In this document: positions 60,577-64,000 of the stretch, in pieces
Position numbering within the stretch: position 1 is the first letter of the stretch
How the letters are laid out: each line of letters opens with the position of its first letter
NCBI GenBank assembly: GCA_051294905.1
Contig: CM119372.1
Coordinates: 18,540,001-18,604,000, forward strand
Length of the DNA: 64,000 nt
Direction of reading: 5' to 3'
Origin: Botryllus schlosseri
Lineage: Eukaryota
Translations under genes and position numbers: made by a program
Notes under the pieces: model-generated
Told to the model about the DNA's origin: nothing
Database searches by the model: none
What the model saw: only the letters and a program-made list of their open reading frames with translations

Positions 60577-61168
60577 ACCATAGTGTCATGTATGGTGTCG
60601 ACACAAGCAAATCTCACGCCTCAGTGAAATTGTATCACGTCACAATTTCCATTTGGCTACAGGCAATTTGACGGTCATTTTTGACCGGCTTGCCGAGCAT
60701 TAAATTTGGTAAAACGGATATCAATCGAAAGCTGACTTTGCACTGATTACGAAAATATAAATTTATTCCTCTCGTGGCCCTGGAACTCCCACAATCAGCC
60801 TCGAATTTTCCATTGTTATGGAGATTGGCATTGGGACGCAACAATGCTGTCTAGCGAAACGAGAGAGTAGCTCAAGAGAAAAAGAGTCAGACAGCATTGT
60901 TGCGTCCCAATGCCAATTTCCTCAACAATGAAATATTCGAGGCTGATTGTGGGGGTTCCATGCAGGGACGCGATCGGAATAAAATTTATATTTTCGTAAT
61001 CAGTGCAGAGTCAGCTTTCGATTAATATCCGTTTTACCAAATTTAATGCTCGGCAAGTCGGTCAAAAATGACCGTCAAATTGCCTGTAGTCAAATGGAAA
61101 TTGTGACGTGTACAATTTCACTGAGGCGTGAGATTTGCTTGTGTCGACACCATATAGGACACTATGGT
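60577..61168. mobile_element. Foldback (palindromic) MITE, ~592 bp
   Basis: ACCATAGTGTC...GACACTATGGT with arms of ~275 bp and a short central spacer near 60853-60888. Confidence 0.85.
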
Positions 61169-61436
61169 TGCGGATAAAACGTTAATGTGAACTCGATTCG
61201 AGAGTTCATTTGGAACGTTCTACCGCTATATTGCCACATACCCGTAAAATTTACAAACGTTAAGTAAATGATAAGGAAAGAAACAACATGCATATTGTCA
61301 ATGCGTGATAGAAGGCATCAATTTATGATCACGTTGAACCTCTCTAGCAGAACGGCTAAACGGAAGTGAAATCATTAAAGAGCCGCAATCAAAGGCTCAA
61401 AGAGCCGCATGAGGCTCGCGGGTGCAGTTTGCCTAC

Positions 61437-61701
61437 CTCACTGTGGCCAAGACCAGCACCGAGGACTGCACTAATTGCGATGCAAACTTGAAAAGGAGAC
61501 TGGAAGAATCCCAATCTTGATCTGACAGAAGTCTCCGCGACAATCACCATCGACAGGGCGAACCCCAGTCCCCTCGCAACACCAGTCATAAACCGCCCTA
61601 CGATGAGTGACTCGTACGATGCCGCGAAATACGCCACCGGTGCACTGACAATCACGGCGGTGATGTTTACGACGTGCGTAATAACCATTGAGTTCTTCGG
61701 G
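61437..61701 (-). CDS. Transporter copy 2, exon 3 (265 nt)
   Basis: TTTTCAG acceptor and GAG|GTAGGC donor; reads PKNSMVITH...LIVGRFMTGVARG...GHSE. Confidence 0.9.
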
Positions 61702-62166
61702 CTGAAAAGAATTGGAAGATTAAACTTATATCAGTGGTTCTTTTTAACGGGGTTCACATGAACCCGAGGAGTTCGCTGAGCCAATTCCAGGGGTTGCCGT
61801 GGAAAGCGGATCTTTCGGTCGTTGAACTTTACAGACTCATCTCATAGCATCTGTAACACCGGAAACAACCGTCAACGTCAACGTTTCGAGTTCAGAACGG
61901 ATTTGATGGGCATGGGCACAACACAGTGGAGCTTATCGCCTTTTTAGGCCTCGCGCTCCACGACACAAATTTCATAATGTTCATGGGGCTTTTTTGTAAC
62001 TCGGGAACGTCTTTCAACCTCTCTCGCAGTCGCAGTCGCTCTCATTCTCATGCCTCACGATCGTGGTCGTTGCTGCCAACTTGTAGCTCGGCTCACCTAC
62101 GTGTGGGCTTTCCAATGCATTGAGGTCGCAGTGAGATCGACGACGAGGAAATTGGCGGGTATTGAC

Positions 62167-62758
62167 CAGGGTTGTAACCAAGTCACTAGGCTCCGAGTCA
62201 CAAATCAATCTCACTTTTATAGTTTTGATTCGAGTCAATTCGAGTCATTTTCAATTCACCACCGAGTCAAATCCGAGTCCAAGTCAGCGATCAGATGGGT
62301 CAAGTACAAGTCATGGTATTATGACCCAGGTCCAAGTCATTGTGTTGACTGCTCAGTTTCCAGTTAAAGTCTTGCTAAACCCACTTTTTATAAATCTGTT
62401 TAGTGATATTGAATGTTTCGCATTTACAATATACTAATTTTTAGCACTTCTAGCAGTTTATGGTGGCATTCTCAAGTGTCAGTACCAATAGACGAAATCC
62501 CGATAGTGTGGCTACTTCACTATTCTTCGAAATTACAATGAAATGTCGGTATTGGTTGCAGGAGTCTCGAGTCATATAACTTGGTTCGAGTCATGCGCGA
62601 TGACTCGAGTCGAAGTCGAGTCAATTCACAGATAGACTCGACTCGAGTCGAGTCAATTCCGTATTTTGAGAATATGACTCGCGTCAAGTCGAGTCGTCAG
62701 AAAATCGTGACTCAAGTCGGACTCGAGTCGAGTCATGACTCGAGTCATTACAACCCTG
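62167..62758. mobile_element. CAGGGTTGTAA-ended hAT MITE (GACTCGAGTC repeats)
   Basis: TIR CAGGGTTGTAA/TTACAACCCTG; TSD GTATTGAC. Confidence 0.9.
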
Positions 62759-62801
62759 GTATTGACCGATCGATATGATGGCGGACTTTATGGGATAGAT
62801 T

Positions 62802-63224
62802 AAGGGTTTCATTCAAAACAAATGGATGTTTAAAACACTTTGATTAAAACAGTGTTTTAAACAAAGGCCTTTTAAAAAAAATTGTGTATTTTTTAAGTTG
62901 TAAAATCATGCCATAATTGTGTAAATACTTTCCAAAAATATGTCGTATGAGCCTACGGACAATTACCACCCGATATAGCCGACGTATATACGATATGGGA
63001 TGGTTGGAACCCTCAAAATAGTCGATTCAACAGCTATAGTACGTAGATATTTCGTCAAAGGAGCAATATTTAACCTATATTTTCAATTTTCAATTATCAA
63101 TGTCAATCCACTATGCCGTCACAATTGAATATTCGTGACGCCAATGCTTCAAAAATGTTTTACACAAGGGTCTTGTTTTAGACATGTTTGTTTTAAATTG
63201 ATTTTTGTTTCAAATGCAACCCTA
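62802..63224. mobile_element. Inverted homolog of the 6883-7299 MITE
   Basis: Reverse-complement similarity across its length; ends AAATGCAACCCTA. Confidence 0.75.
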
Positions 63225-63975
63225 GATAGAACCCTCTGTCAGAATACGGTCACAATGCGCGGAAACCGGTGGCGAGTATAGTGTAGTGTTACGTCCCACC
63301 GCTTCAACACCAATAGTAAACGGAGGACTTCAGAATCTCTTCTCAAGTGTTGGGGGTTTATCTAGGCTCCTCCTTGCCATCCAATCCGCATAAGCGGTGT
63401 CATACTAAAAGACTAGAACGAAATTGGGCCGTGCTATCAGTAAAGGCATCTCGGGAATCATAATTAGGAATATCGGCCTGTTTTTTTTTCATTGTTTTTG
63501 TTTTTAGTATTCGTGGTGATTCGGTTACTGTGGTTATAAACAGTAGGCCGATATGTTCCTTATTATTTCTCTCGAGACGTGGAAACGGGGGGCATCGTCA
63601 CGACAATAATTCGTACTTGTTCTAGTCTCGACTCTGTGTCAACTTTCTAGAACCGAGTCGTGAGTCGCAGTCAGACTCGCGAATTTTAATGGTATCAGAT
63701 GAGTCTGAGTCGCAATGTATAATACATACAGAGTCCTGAATCGCAGTGATAGTCGCGATTTGAAACCTTGCGAGAGTCAACAGTGGGGGCTACACGCTCC
63801 TTCTGTGAACACAGCCCACTGCTGGCATGGTCTATTATTTAGTAGGGCCTCTCTACGACGTTCGCGATTTCGAAATTGAAAGACAAAATAATAAGTAATA
63901 CCCTTTGAAAAATATGACGTCACTACTCTAGTCAGTGTAATTGTCCATGTTGTATTTTGCATATATCGTTTTTAC

Positions 63976-64000
63976 CTGAGCTTTCGAAGAAGTGAAGAAA
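63976..64000 (-). CDS. Transporter copy 2, 3' end of exon 2 (gene continues beyond the window)
   Basis: TTTCTTCACTTCTTCGAAAGCTCAG|GTAAAA matches the copy 1 exon 2 end TTTCTTCAGTTCTTCGAAACCTCAG|GTAAAC. Confidence 0.8.

Overview
This is eukaryotic DNA, most likely from an invertebrate animal: it has spliced GT-AG genes, no obvious CpG depletion and dense transposons. A tunicate-like source is only a guess. The main host genes are two tandem, minus-strand paralogs of a divergent SLC2A/GLUT-type MFS sugar porter. Copy 1 (37457->10834) has 5 coding exons and is about 499 aa when reconstructed. Its last exon is split by a Buster/Charlie-type hAT element (11254-21175, TSD ATCCAAGG). That hAT element carries a head-to-tail dimer of an apparently intact, very compact Ty3/Gypsy LTR retrotransposon (LTR-gag-pol-LTR-gag-pol-LTR, 13004-21089). 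The dimer has 152-bp LTRs, a GTAT TSD, a tRNA-Trp PBS and a -1 frameshift signal. Copy 2 (>64000->58481) looks intact in the visible exons. Almost everything else is nested DNA transposons: hAT MITEs with 8-bp TSDs, three copies of a ZMYM1/DUF4371-type hAT, a long-TIR DDE element, foldback elements and tRNA-derived SINEs. A possible degenerate orphan gene lies at about 4.3-8.5 kb. No CRISPR array, rRNA or intact tRNA gene was found. I see no clear evidence of a wholly new biological system. The strongest leads are the three-LTR retrotransposon dimer, the nested exon disruption and the atypical substrate pocket of the transporter paralogs.
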